Positions 37,777 to 47,227 of a stretch of 64,000 nucleotides of DNA are shown piece after piece. The stretch is from positions 25,721 through 89,720 of the forward strand of contig CAZJFL010000006.1 of assembly GCA_964545575.1 (NCBI GenBank), given 5' to 3'. The notes under the pieces are model-generated. The model was given only the letters and a program-made list of their open reading frames with translations. It was not told where the DNA came from and did not search any database. The position numbers and the translations under genes are program-made. Position 1 is the stretch's first letter. Each line of letters begins with the position of its first letter. Origin of the DNA: an uncultured Planctomycetales bacterium. GTDB taxonomy: Bacteria > Omnitrophota > Gorgyraeia > Gygaellales > Profunditerraquicolaceae.

Positions 37777-38310
37777 ATGAAACTTCGAACTCGAGAACTC
37801 GAGAACTCGCGAACTTTTGCTGTAATCTTGCTCTTTTCTTTTCTGGTTACAACCTTAGGCTGCGACTCCTTTGTGCGCAAATTCACGCGTAAATCTAAAA
37901 AAGAGAAAGAAGAACAGGTAGAAATGGTCATCGCCCCGGAAGTATATAAGTCTACTATGACAGGAGAGGATTATTACCGCCAATACCTTCTCTATTGGAA
38001 ATCCTGGCAGGGAGAGCTGATTGAGTCTCTTAATATCAGCGGTAGAGGCAATGTCGGCGGCAACCATAAAAAACAAAAAGATTGCGTTAATCAGGCTATA
38101 ACTAACCTGGTAAATATGCGTACGCTTTTGAACCCTGCTCTGCAGGCAAAATTGGATAAGTATATTTCCAGTATGAACGCCTTAAAAGATTCTATTGTTT
38201 CCGATTCCTATAGTAACCTTGCTGATTATAACCGTCAGCGGGCAGAACAATTAAGAAGGGATATATTAAAAGATTTTTCCTATAATTACGTAAAGGCGTC
38301 GCTAAAGTGA
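37777..38310 (+). CDS. Lipoprotein of unknown function
   Basis: Lipobox TLG-C. The 5' end carries a short tandem repeat (GAACTCGA)x3. Confidence 0.4.
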   Translation: MKLRTRELENSRTFAVILLFSFLVTTLGCDSFVRKFTRKSKKEKEEQVEMVIAPEVYKSTMTGEDYYRQYLLYWKSWQGELIESLNISGRGNVGGNHKKQKDCVNQAITNLVNMRTLLNPALQAKLDKYISSMNALKDSIVSDSYSNLADYNRQRAEQLRRDILKDFSYNYVKASLK

Positions 38311-38924
38311 TATTAGAAACAGTCCGCGTAGGCCCCTTTGATGTAAATTGTTATATCCTGGCAGCAAGTCCAGGCAGTAAGGCCATCATCATCGACCCGG
38401 GGGCAGAGGATAAAAAGATAGAGCGGGTTTTAAAGAGGCATAATTTAAAACCGGTTTTGGTCATTAACACCCACGGCCATTTCGACCATATCGGATGCGA
38501 TGACAAATTCGGCGTCCCCGTCTATATACACAGCGATGATTTAATGCTTTTAAAAGACCCCCAGCTTAATCTTTCTAATTTTATGGCTTCGGCGTATAAG
38601 GTGAAATCAGAAATAAAGACCCTAAAAGATAAAGAAAAGATACTGTTGGAAGATATAGAATTAGAGGTGATACATACCCCCGGTCATACCCCGGGCGGGA
38701 TCTGCCTTTTGCTGAAAAAACCGGTGAATAATGTTCTCTTCAGCGGTGATACTTTATTTTTTCAGGGCGTCGGAAGGACGGATTTTCCTCAGGCGAGCCC
38801 GGATCAGCTGCTTGAGTCTATAAAAGAAAAATTATTGGTTTTGCCGGATGAGACAGCCGTTTATCCCGGCCACGGGCCGTCTTCTACCATCGGCAGGGAG
38901 AGGAAGTCAATGAGTGCACATTAA
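38307..38924 (+). CDS. MBL-fold metallo-hydrolase (glyoxalase II-like)
   Basis: HGHFDH motif plus downstream His/Asp ligands. 205 aa. Confidence 0.8.
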   Translation: MILETVRVGPFDVNCYILAASPGSKAIIIDPGAEDKKIERVLKRHNLKPVLVINTHGHFDHIGCDDKFGVPVYIHSDDLMLLKDPQLNLSNFMASAYKVKSEIKTLKDKEKILLEDIELEVIHTPGHTPGGICLLLKKPVNNVLFSGDTLFFQGVGRTDFPQASPDQLLESIKEKLLVLPDETAVYPGHGPSSTIGRERKSMSAH

Positions 38925-38929
38925 TCCCG

Positions 38930-39075
38930 CCCCTTTTTAGTATTTAAATGTTTTTAAAATAAAAGGTGCGGGATAAATTCAGCCAACGAACTTATGTTCG
39001 CTTGCCGCAAAAGCGGCACACCGGCTGTTCCAATACAGCCGGGTGTTATGCTCCATAAGTTCGGGCTTCATTTAA
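38930..39075 (+). repeat. Family-1-related intergenic element, copy E
   Basis: CCCCTTTTTAG…TAAAAGGTGCGGG hairpin plus AACTTATGT / CATAAGTTCG modules. Overlaps the ORF-track N-terminal extension of xerC. Confidence 0.4.
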
Positions 39076-39962
39076 TGCGTGAATTGATAGACATATTTTT
39101 AAACTATTTATCCGTGGAGCGGGGATTATCCCGCAATACCATGGTTTCCTATAAGGAAGACCTTAATTATTATCTGGAGTATCTCGCCCGGCGCCATATC
39201 GATGCGATCTCTAAGACTAATAAAAATGACATAGTAAGTTTTATGCTGGAGCAGAAAGATAAAGGGCTAGCCGCCAACTCCGTTGCCAGGCGCCTGGCAG
39301 CAATAAAGGTATTTTACCGCTTTTTGGTCCGGGAGAGGATCTTAAAAGAAGATGCCACCACTTTAATAGATTCCCCTAAATTATGGAAGAAGATTCCCGA
39401 GACGCTTTCGCTGAACGAAGTGGAGACCCTGCTTGCTCAACCGGATATCAGAAATAAACAGGGAATAAGGGATAAGGCGATTTTAGAGACGCTCTACGCT
39501 ACCGGGATGCGCGTTTCTGAGGCGGTAAACTTAAGGACCGATAACGTGAATCTGGACGTCGGGTTCCTGCGCTGTATCGGTAAAGGCAATAAAGAACGGG
39601 TCATACCTTTGGGCAAAAAAGCGATAGCCAGCGTCAGAAGGTACCTCCAAGGCAGCCGGCCGCAGTTATTAAAGAGAAAAGAAAGCGACTTTCTTTTTGT
39701 CAGCCGCTTAGCAAAAAAGCTTTCCCGGCAGTCGATTTGGAAGATGATTAAAAAATATGCCAAACAAGGCCGGATCAGGAAACCTTTAAGGCCGCATATC
39801 TTAAGGCATTCTTTTGCCACCCATCTTCTGGAGAGGGGGGCGGACCTGCGTTCGGTACAGGAAATGCTGGGGCACGCCAATATCTCGACCACCCAGATTT
39901 ATACGCACATAAACAAAGACAGGCTGAAGACTATTCATAAGATGTTCCATCCCAGGCCGTGA
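38994..39962 (+). CDS. xerC: Site-specific tyrosine recombinase, XerC/XerD family
   Basis: …YATGMRVSE…HILRHSFATHLLE…GHANISTTQIYTH catalytic motifs. The true start is probably the ATG at about 39076 (MRELIDIF…), about 295 aa. Confidence 0.85.
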   Translation: MFACRKSGTPAVPIQPGVMLHKFGLHLMRELIDIFLNYLSVERGLSRNTMVSYKEDLNYYLEYLARRHIDAISKTNKNDIVSFMLEQKDKGLAANSVARRLAAIKVFYRFLVRERILKEDATTLIDSPKLWKKIPETLSLNEVETLLAQPDIRNKQGIRDKAILETLYATGMRVSEAVNLRTDNVNLDVGFLRCIGKGNKERVIPLGKKAIASVRRYLQGSRPQLLKRKESDFLFVSRLAKKLSRQSIWKMIKKYAKQGRIRKPLRPHILRHSFATHLLERGADLRSVQEMLGHANISTTQIYTHINKDRLKTIHKMFHPRP

Positions 39963-40002
39963 TAGTAGTTAGGGATTAGTAGGTAGGGGGTAGGGGGGAA
40001 GA

Positions 40003-41280
40003 ATGAGCAAAGATTATTTAGACAAGTTGCCGAAAGAGATTAATGATTTAGTTTATTTAGCCAGGGATATCTCTGCTAAAAACCATGTGCCGGTATATTT
40101 AGTAGGCGGGGTGGTCCGGGATTTAATTTTAGGGGTAAAAAACCTGGACTTAGATATAGTGGTTAGCGGGGACGGGATTAAGTTTGCGCGCCAGTTCTCT
40201 CTCGCCCTAAACGCCCGGATCGTCGAGCATGCCAGATTCGGCACGGCTACGGTTATGCTGCCGGATAATATAAAGGTAGATTTTGCCACAGCCAGAAAGG
40301 AAGTTTACCCCGAGCCCGCTCATCTGCCGCAGGTATCGGCCGGCACCTTAGAAGACGATCTGTATCGAAGGGACTTTACCATTAATGCCATGGCCATCGG
40401 CATAGGCGAAATAAACTTCGGAAAAATCATAGACTTTTTCTCCGGCAGATCCGATTTAAATAAGAAGAGGATACGCATATTGCATGATGCCAGTTTTATT
40501 GACGACCCTACGCGTATCTTAAGGGCAGTGCGTTTTGAAAAAAGATACAATTTCAAGATCGAGCCCGGGACGCTTCAATGCTTAAAGGAAGCGGTGGACC
40601 TGGAAATGTTAGAAAGGGTCCAGCCGCAGCGGTTACGCGACGAGATCATCCTCATCTTAAAAGAAAGAGAACCCCTAAAATATATCAGGCGCATAGACGA
40701 ATTATCGGGGTTGGATTTTATTAACCGGCATTTATTCCTTTCCCAGAAGGTCAATAATCTATTAAGCTCTGCGCAAAAAGAGATTATCTGGTTTAAAAAG
40801 ACATATCCAGAGCGCCGCCGGCTCGACACGTGGCTGGTCTATTTTCTGGCCCTGATGGAACCCTTGAGTATTAAGGAAGTTAAAGCGGTATGCGCAAAGT
40901 TCGTCTTTGGCGGCGGAGAAGAAAAAAGGATAATAAATTATAAAAAATTCGGCAGGTCGCCGGTTAAAGAATTGAGCCGCGCAAAAATCAGGCCGGCGCG
41001 GATTTTTGCTTTGCTTGAGCCTTTAAGCTATGAGGTGATTATAATCCTGAAGGCTAAATACGAGGCTGCTGTTTTTAAGAAACATGTCCGTGATTTTTTC
41101 GCAATCTATAACGGTATGCGTATCATGGCCAGGGGTGCCGATCTGCATAAATTAGGCGTTGCCCCCGGGCCTGATTACCAGAAAATCTTTGCCACAGTCT
41201 TGGAGGCAAAGCTTGCAGGCAGGGTGAGGACTAAAGAAGAAGAGTTAGCACTGATTAAGAGGCTGATAAGAAAGAAATGA
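40003..41280 (+). CDS. tRNA nucleotidyltransferase (CCA-adding) / poly(A) polymerase family protein
   Basis: Pol-beta head motif YLVGGVVRDLILG…DLDIV. Confidence 0.8.
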   Translation: MSKDYLDKLPKEINDLVYLARDISAKNHVPVYLVGGVVRDLILGVKNLDLDIVVSGDGIKFARQFSLALNARIVEHARFGTATVMLPDNIKVDFATARKEVYPEPAHLPQVSAGTLEDDLYRRDFTINAMAIGIGEINFGKIIDFFSGRSDLNKKRIRILHDASFIDDPTRILRAVRFEKRYNFKIEPGTLQCLKEAVDLEMLERVQPQRLRDEIILILKEREPLKYIRRIDELSGLDFINRHLFLSQKVNNLLSSAQKEIIWFKKTYPERRRLDTWLVYFLALMEPLSIKEVKAVCAKFVFGGGEEKRIINYKKFGRSPVKELSRAKIRPARIFALLEPLSYEVIIILKAKYEAAVFKKHVRDFFAIYNGMRIMARGADLHKLGVAPGPDYQKIFATVLEAKLAGRVRTKEEELALIKRLIRKK

Positions 41281-41311
41281 CCGTCGGCATATTGAAGATG
41301 GAGCTATCCTA

Positions 41312-41689
41312 ATGTCCAGGCACGATAAGGTAAAAGAAACGATTAAAAAAGAGGTCAGCAATATCATCCATGATGAGTTAAATGACCCGCGCCTGGGGTT
41401 TATTACGGTCACCGACGTGGAATTAAGCAAGGATATGCGTTACGCCAAGGTTTTTTTTAGTGTCCTAGGAAAAGATGAGGATTACCGGAAGTCTAAGCAG
41501 GCGTTAGATTCAGCCCTGGGTTTTATCCGCAAGTTAGTTGCCCAGAGGATAAGGCTCAGGTTCGCTCCGGAAATTTCTTTTCGGGAAGACCGTTCGGGAG
41601 AATACAGCATCCATATCCAGCAAGTTTTGGATGAGATAAAGGAGTTAAATGGGCCTGGCAAGAGCCGTAAGGCTAATAAAAAGAAGTAA
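41312..41689 (+). CDS. rbfA: Ribosome-binding factor A
   Basis: 125 aa, KH-like. …ITVTDVELSKDMRYAKVF…. Confidence 0.85.
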   Translation: MSRHDKVKETIKKEVSNIIHDELNDPRLGFITVTDVELSKDMRYAKVFFSVLGKDEDYRKSKQALDSALGFIRKLVAQRIRLRFAPEISFREDRSGEYSIHIQQVLDEIKELNGPGKSRKANKKK

Positions 41690-42620
41690 GTATTTCCTGA
41701 TTACTACCCACACTAATGCCGAAGGAGACGCGTTGGGTTCTCTTCTGGCATTCTATCGCTTAGTGCAGGCATTGGGGAAAAAGGCGGTGATGGTTACCGG
41801 CGATAAGGTTCCTTACGGGTATGATTTTATACCCGGGATAAATAAGGTCAGGAAGCTTAGCCCTAAATTAAGGCAGATTAAGTTTGACTGTTTTGTCGCT
41901 TTAGATTGTTCTGACCTGGCGCGCTGCGGTGGGGTGCGCGGATTAAATCAGGAGAAGAGGCCGGTCATTAATATCGACCACCACATTAGTAATGACAGGT
42001 TCGGCGATATCAACTGGGTCGAGCCGCACTGTTCTTCTACTTCCGAGATGATTTATCGGCTTTACAAGGAAATGCGCCTTCCCTATCGCCGAGATACGGC
42101 ATTGGCTTTGTATACGGGGATGATGACTGATACCGGGTCATTCCGTTATCCTAACACCACCAGTTTTACCCATCAGGCGGTGGCAGAACTTCTAAAATGC
42201 GGTTTAAATGTTACGGCAATACACAAAAGCGTATACGAAAATATACCGCTTCCGGATGCCAGGCTCTTAAGCAGGATACTGCCGGGGATGAAGGAGGAGT
42301 TAGGCGGAAAAATTATTTGGTTCGAGATCAAGCGGGGGCTGCTTAATAAAAGAAAACTTTCTTTTGATTTAAGCGATGAAGTCCTGGGGTTTGCCCGCGC
42401 CATAAAAGGGGTGGAGGTAGCGGTTTTATTTAAAGAGAACTTAAGTAGCTCCGGAGAAATACGGGTAAATTTCCGCTCGCAGGGTAAAATCGACGTGAAT
42501 AGGATCGCGCGCCATTTCGGAGGCGGAGGGCATAAGACAGCTAGCGGCTGCACTGTTAAGGGCAGTCTCGACAGCGTGCGTAGGAGAGTGCTACGCAGAG
42601 TTAAAGAAAATTTTAAATGA
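41649..42620 (+). CDS. nrnA: DHH-family phosphoesterase NrnA (nanoRNase / pAp phosphatase)
   Basis: DHH N-terminal motifs (…HTNAEGDALGS…, DHH) and a DHHA1 C-terminus with GGGH. Confidence 0.8.
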   Translation: MGLARAVRLIKRSKYFLITTHTNAEGDALGSLLAFYRLVQALGKKAVMVTGDKVPYGYDFIPGINKVRKLSPKLRQIKFDCFVALDCSDLARCGGVRGLNQEKRPVINIDHHISNDRFGDINWVEPHCSSTSEMIYRLYKEMRLPYRRDTALALYTGMMTDTGSFRYPNTTSFTHQAVAELLKCGLNVTAIHKSVYENIPLPDARLLSRILPGMKEELGGKIIWFEIKRGLLNKRKLSFDLSDEVLGFARAIKGVEVAVLFKENLSSSGEIRVNFRSQGKIDVNRIARHFGGGGHKTASGCTVKGSLDSVRRRVLRRVKENFK

Positions 42621-43549
42621 AAATTATACTGGGCGTAGCGAAGATCAGAAGAATCCCGAAGGCGGTGGTGGCACTGGGCGTATTTGACGGGGTGCACCGC
42701 GCGCACCGGGAAATACTGGAATACGCGGCGAGAGAGGCGCGGCGCATAAAAGGAAAGAGTGTGGCAGTGACTTTCTGGCCGCATCCGCAGCAAGAGGCGA
42801 GTTTATATTCCCTGAAGCACCGCCTGAAGTTAATCGAAGAAACAGGCGTGGATACCTCTATAGTCATCAGTTTCAACCGCCCCTTCGCCGGGATATCCGC
42901 CGAAAATTTCGTAAAAAATATTTTAGTCAAGAGGATCGGCGCGCAGTGCGTCTGCTGCGGAAAGAACTTTAGATTCGGCAAAGGCGCTAAGGGAAATTTT
43001 AACCTTCTAAAAAGGCTAGCGCATAAATATCATTTTAAGTTAAAGGCCTTCGAGGTGCTAAGAACAAAACATCTTCCCATCAGCAGCACCTCGATACGCC
43101 GGGCGATAAGCAGGGGAGACTTTAAGACGGCCAAGGTTTTGCTTTTAAGGCCGGTCAGCGTCTTAGGGACCGTGATCCGCGGTAGTTCTTTAGCCAAACG
43201 CTTAGGATTCCCCACGGCCAATATTAATCCGCACCATGAAGTGCTTCCTCCTTCGGGAGTTTATGCGGTAAAAATTATTTTTCAGCGCAAGACATTTAAG
43301 GGTATTTGCTACATCGGAAGCAAACCGACGTTTAAGCCGCATATCGCATATCGCATATCGCATATCGCAAAAGAAAGACATATCGAAGTGCACATTTTTA
43401 ATTTTAAGCGCAGGATTTACGGAAAAGATTTAGAGATACAGTTTATCCGCAAGATCAGAAATGAGAAAAAATTCGCCTCTCTGGCGCGATTAGCCTGCCA
43501 GATCAAAAAAGACGTTTTCTTAGCCAAAAAGCTGCTTTCCCTCCCCTAA
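42617..43549 (+). CDS. ribF: Bifunctional riboflavin kinase / FMN adenylyltransferase
   Basis: N-terminal GVFDGVHRAH nucleotidyltransferase motif. C-terminal riboflavin kinase (…PTF…E.H…YG). Confidence 0.9.
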   Translation: MKIILGVAKIRRIPKAVVALGVFDGVHRAHREILEYAAREARRIKGKSVAVTFWPHPQQEASLYSLKHRLKLIEETGVDTSIVISFNRPFAGISAENFVKNILVKRIGAQCVCCGKNFRFGKGAKGNFNLLKRLAHKYHFKLKAFEVLRTKHLPISSTSIRRAISRGDFKTAKVLLLRPVSVLGTVIRGSSLAKRLGFPTANINPHHEVLPPSGVYAVKIIFQRKTFKGICYIGSKPTFKPHIAYRISHIAKERHIEVHIFNFKRRIYGKDLEIQFIRKIRNEKKFASLARLACQIKKDVFLAKKLLSLP

Positions 43550-43629
43550 GTTATACCACAAGCGCTGCCTTTTATTATCCCCTCTCAATACTACCCGTTG
43601 TATTTTATATAGTTAGATAAAATTTTATC

Positions 43630-43658
43630 TTGACAAAAGAACAATTTTTATTTATACT
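43630..43658 (+). promoter_or_regulatory. dcw-cluster promoter TTGACA-17-TATACT
   Basis: Near-consensus sigma70 hexamers immediately upstream of the MraZ boxes. Confidence 0.55.
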
Positions 43659-43666
43659 CTGACTAC

Positions 43667-43693
43667 AAAGTGGTTAAAAGTGGTTTAAAGTGG
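43667..43693 (+). promoter_or_regulatory. Three direct AAAGTGG repeats at 10-bp spacing (MraZ-box-like operator)
   Basis: Copies at 43667, 43677 and 43687, just downstream of the -10. They match the AAAGTG[T/G]-type MraZ boxes and the direct-repeat spacing described for MraZ operators. Confidence 0.5.
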
Positions 43694-43771
43694 AGAACCG
43701 CAAAAACGCGAAAATCCGCAAAGACGCAAAGATTTTGCGGTTTAGCGGTTATTTTGCGGTTTAGCGATTAA

Positions 43772-44209
43772 ATGTTCTATGGTGAGTATTTACATTCCAT
43801 AGACCGCAAGGGCCGCCTGATCTTGCCCGCCAAATTTCGCGAGGTCACCAAAACTAATTTTATCGAGAGATTTTTTGTCACCCGAGGTCTGGATAAATGC
43901 CTTTTTATGTTTTCCGAAGAAGAATGGCGTTCGCAGGAAAGCAAATTTAAAGCCATATCTTTTACCAAGCAGCAGGCGCGCACTTTTAACCGCCTTTATT
44001 TTTCCGGGGCGGTAGAGGTTTCTCCCGACAGGCAGGGAAGGATTTTATTGCCGCAGTACCTTAAAGACTTTGCCGAGATAAAAAAGGATGTGATGATCGT
44101 CGGGGTCTCTAACCGGATAGAAATCTGGGCAAAGGATAAATGGAGCGAGTTTTACGGCACTTCCCGGCAGTCTTTCGAGGAGATTGCCGAGAAGTTAATG
44201 GACGTCTGA
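43772..44209 (+). CDS. mraZ: Transcriptional regulator MraZ
   Basis: 145 aa. MFYGEYLHSIDRKGRLILPAKFRE; duplicated MraZ (SpoVT/AbrB-like) halves. Confidence 0.9.
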   Translation: MFYGEYLHSIDRKGRLILPAKFREVTKTNFIERFFVTRGLDKCLFMFSEEEWRSQESKFKAISFTKQQARTFNRLYFSGAVEVSPDRQGRILLPQYLKDFAEIKKDVMIVGVSNRIEIWAKDKWSEFYGTSRQSFEEIAEKLMDV

Positions 44210-44228
44210 TTTTTTAGATAGGTTTTTC

Positions 44229-45128
44229 ATGGTAGAGAAACTTCATACTCCTGTGATGCTACAGGAGGTTTTAGCTTATTTAAATTTAGGCCCGGGGAAG
44301 ATCATCCTGGATGCTACCGTTGGTACGGGAGGGCATGCCGAAGAAATCTTAAAGCGTATTTCTCCCGGAGGCAGGCTGATCGGTATTGACCGGGACCGGG
44401 AATCTTTAAGCGTTGCTAAAGAGAGGTTAAGCAGATTTGGCAGCGCCTGCGAGCTGGTGCACGGCAACTTTCTGGATATCGATAGCATATTAAAAGGGTT
44501 AAAGATTAAAAAAGTGGATGGTGTCCTTTTTGATTTAGGTATTTCTTCTTTTCAGCTGGAAGACCCCCAAAGGGGTTTTAGCTTTCAGCAGGAGGGGCCG
44601 CTGGATATGCGTATGGACAGAGAAAGTTACATCTCTGCTTACGACCTGTTAAATAACCTTAACGAAGAAGAGATTTCTGCGCTGCTCTGGAACTTCGGGC
44701 AGGAGAGATGGCACAACCGCATTGCCCGCCTGTTGGTCAGTGAAAGAGAAAGGCACCCCATTTCTACCACCGCCGAATTATCCAGTATCGCCGTCAGGGC
44801 GACGCCCTATAAATACCGGCATTACCGTATTCATCCGGCAACGCGCACCTTTCAGGCGGTGCGTATCGCGGTTAACCGGGAGCTGGAGACTCTCGAGATC
44901 GCCCTGCGTAAAGCCACAGAACTGTTAGCTAAAGCCGGCAGGATTTGCGTAATTTCATTCCACTCCCTGGAAGACCGGATAGTCAAAATCAGTTTTAAAG
45001 AGTTCGCCCGCGAGGGCTTAATCAAAATAATCACCCCTAAGCCATTGACGCCGGGTTTAGCCGAGATCGAGGATAATCCTTCCAGCCGCAGCAGCAAATT
45101 CAGGGTTGCAGAGAAGGTATTAAGATGA
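44229..45128 (+). CDS. rsmH: 16S rRNA (cytosine1402-N4)-methyltransferase RsmH (MraW)
   Basis: HTPVMLQEVL…DATVGTGGHA SAM motif. Confidence 0.9.
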   Translation: MVEKLHTPVMLQEVLAYLNLGPGKIILDATVGTGGHAEEILKRISPGGRLIGIDRDRESLSVAKERLSRFGSACELVHGNFLDIDSILKGLKIKKVDGVLFDLGISSFQLEDPQRGFSFQQEGPLDMRMDRESYISAYDLLNNLNEEEISALLWNFGQERWHNRIARLLVSERERHPISTTAELSSIAVRATPYKYRHYRIHPATRTFQAVRIAVNRELETLEIALRKATELLAKAGRICVISFHSLEDRIVKISFKEFAREGLIKIITPKPLTPGLAEIEDNPSSRSSKFRVAEKVLR

Positions 45129-45493
45129 GGATACCTAAATTTTTATCGGTCATTACTTTAGTCACAGCGCTCTGCCTCCTGCATGTTTATCAGCAGACAG
45201 AGATATTCCGCTTTGCCTATGCCGGTCAGAAGAAGCTTACGGCGATGCAGGATTTACTTGATAAAAACGTTATCCTAAGATACAATATAGAAAAGAATAC
45301 TTCTTTGGTACGCCTCGGCAGCAGGATGTCCGAGTCTAGTGATTTCCAGATGCCCGAGACGTACCGCTTGGTCAGGTTAGAGCGGCCTAGGGGCGCGGTA
45401 ATGGCTGCTAAGCCCATAGCTAATAAAGAGAATATATTTGCTCGTCTCTTCGGTGTAACCAGACAAGCCGAAGCAAAAACCATAACTCCCTAA
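45125..45493 (+). CDS. ftsL: Cell division protein FtsL-like (single-TM)
   Basis: Called from its position between rsmH and ftsI, and a single N-terminal TM segment. Sequence is not diagnostic. Confidence 0.5.
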   Translation: MRIPKFLSVITLVTALCLLHVYQQTEIFRFAYAGQKKLTAMQDLLDKNVILRYNIEKNTSLVRLGSRMSESSDFQMPETYRLVRLERPRGAVMAAKPIANKENIFARLFGVTRQAEAKTITP

Positions 45494-45505
45494 AATTAAA
45501 TAATT

Positions 45506-47227
45506 GTGTATATCAGCAGTTACCGCCGCAGGGTCTATGCGGTGTTCTTATGCTTTTTTCTTATCTTAACCTTAAGCATCGCCCGCCTGTTTTTTGTCCA
45601 GTTTTTCCGTTCCAGCTACCTGAAAAATATCGCCCAGAAGCAGCATAACCTGTTTGTGGAATTAGAGCCGCGGCGCGGGACTATCTATGATATCAACTTG
45701 AGGCCGCAGGCGGTAAATGTTTCCGCGGATTCGCTCTATGCCTGCCCCGGTGACATAGACGATAAGGATAAAGAAACGCTGATCAAGCGGTTATCGCCGA
45801 TATTAAAAGTAAATGATAGCTACTTAAGGGAGCGTTTATTCCGTAAAAAGGCTTTTGTCTGGCTGGCCAGAAAAGTAGACCCCACACAGAGCGAAGCAAT
45901 CAGAAATTTGAAGCTTAAGGGCATTGATTTCTTAAAAGAAAGCAAACGTTGCTATCCGAACGGGTATCTCGCCAGCCACGTGATCGGTTTCGCGGGGCTG
46001 GACAACAAGGGGCTGGAAGGAGCGGAATTATATTACGATAAATACCTGATAGGGGAAGCCGGCTGGGAGATGTTTTTGCGGGATGCCCGCCAGAAAAAAC
46101 TGGATTTGCGGGAGAAGATGCTCTTGCCCAAAGATGGCTATGATCTGGTGCTGACTATTGACGAGGTAATCCAGTATATTGCCGAACGCGAGGTGGAGAA
46201 GGCTTTCAGGGTGTATCATGCCAAAGGCGCAATCATTATCGTGATGAATCCTTATACCGGAGAGATACTGGCGATGGCAGATCGGCCCACCTATGATCTG
46301 AATGATTATGGCATAGCAGAGAAAGATACCAAGCGTAACCGCGCGATCTCGGATTTATTTGAGCCGGGATCGGTATTTAAGATTGTTACTGCCTCCGCGG
46401 CGATAGAAGAGAAAAAAGTAAGTGAGGAGGATAAATTCTTTTGCGAAAACGGGACATATCAAGTGGGGCCGCACATACTTCACGATCATCGCCCGCACGG
46501 CTGGCTTACTTTCCGGGAGGTTATCGAGCAGTCCAGTAATATCGGCACCACCAAAGTCGCTCAGGTTTTAGGTAATGACAGTATCTACCGTTACGTTAAA
46601 CTTTTTGGTTTTGGCACCAAGACCGGTATAGGGCTGCCGGGTGAGATTTCGGGGATGATAAAGGAGCCGCGCGCATGGTCTAAAATATCCATCGCTGCCA
46701 TACCCATCGGCCAGGAAATAGGGGTGACTGCTTTACAGTTAGCTGCAGCCATCTCAGTCATCGCCAACGGCGGCCAACTGGTAAAACCCTGCATCGTAAA
46801 AGAAATCCGGGATAAATACGGAGAGAATATTAAGAAATTTTCGCCCGTCGTAGTACGCAGAACCATATCCGGTAATACCGCTCTCCGGGTCAAGAAGATA
46901 CTTACCGGAGTGGTGGAGAACGGCACGGGAAAGCTGGCTAAAGTGCCGGGTTTTAGCGCCGCAGGTAAGACCGGGACAGGGCAGAAATTAGAGCCCAATG
47001 GTACTTATTCGCATAATAAATTCATGGCTTCTTTTATCGGTTTTGCGCCCGCAGAAAATCCGGTGGTCGCCATAGCCGTAATACTTGATGAGCCGCACCC
47101 CTATTACGGAGGAGTGGTGGCGGCTCCGGTATTTAAGAACGTGGCCCGCGACACCCTGCTTTATCTAAAGGCCAGGCAGCTGCCTGGCGAGGTTATTGCG
47201 CTGAATGAGACTAAAAGAGCTAATTAA
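45506..47227 (+). CDS. ftsI: Peptidoglycan D,D-transpeptidase FtsI (PBP3, class B PBP)
   Basis: TM anchor, PBP dimerisation domain, transpeptidase motifs SxxK (SVFK), SxN and KTG. Confidence 0.9.
   Translation: MYISSYRRRVYAVFLCFFLILTLSIARLFFVQFFRSSYLKNIAQKQHNLFVELEPRRGTIYDINLRPQAVNVSADSLYACPGDIDDKDKETLIKRLSPILKVNDSYLRERLFRKKAFVWLARKVDPTQSEAIRNLKLKGIDFLKESKRCYPNGYLASHVIGFAGLDNKGLEGAELYYDKYLIGEAGWEMFLRDARQKKLDLREKMLLPKDGYDLVLTIDEVIQYIAEREVEKAFRVYHAKGAIIIVMNPYTGEILAMADRPTYDLNDYGIAEKDTKRNRAISDLFEPGSVFKIVTASAAIEEKKVSEEDKFFCENGTYQVGPHILHDHRPHGWLTFREVIEQSSNIGTTKVAQVLGNDSIYRYVKLFGFGTKTGIGLPGEISGMIKEPRAWSKISIAAIPIGQEIGVTALQLAAAISVIANGGQLVKPCIVKEIRDKYGENIKKFSPVVVRRTISGNTALRVKKILTGVVENGTGKLAKVPGFSAAGKTGTGQKLEPNGTYSHNKFMASFIGFAPAENPVVAIAVILDEPHPYYGGVVAAPVFKNVARDTLLYLKARQLPGEVIALNETKRAN

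Noticed and set aside
38994-39075. N-terminal extension of xerC/D (start 38994)
   Set aside because: It overlaps a family-1-related repeat element. Xer recombinases of about 295 aa start near MRELIDIF… (about 39076).
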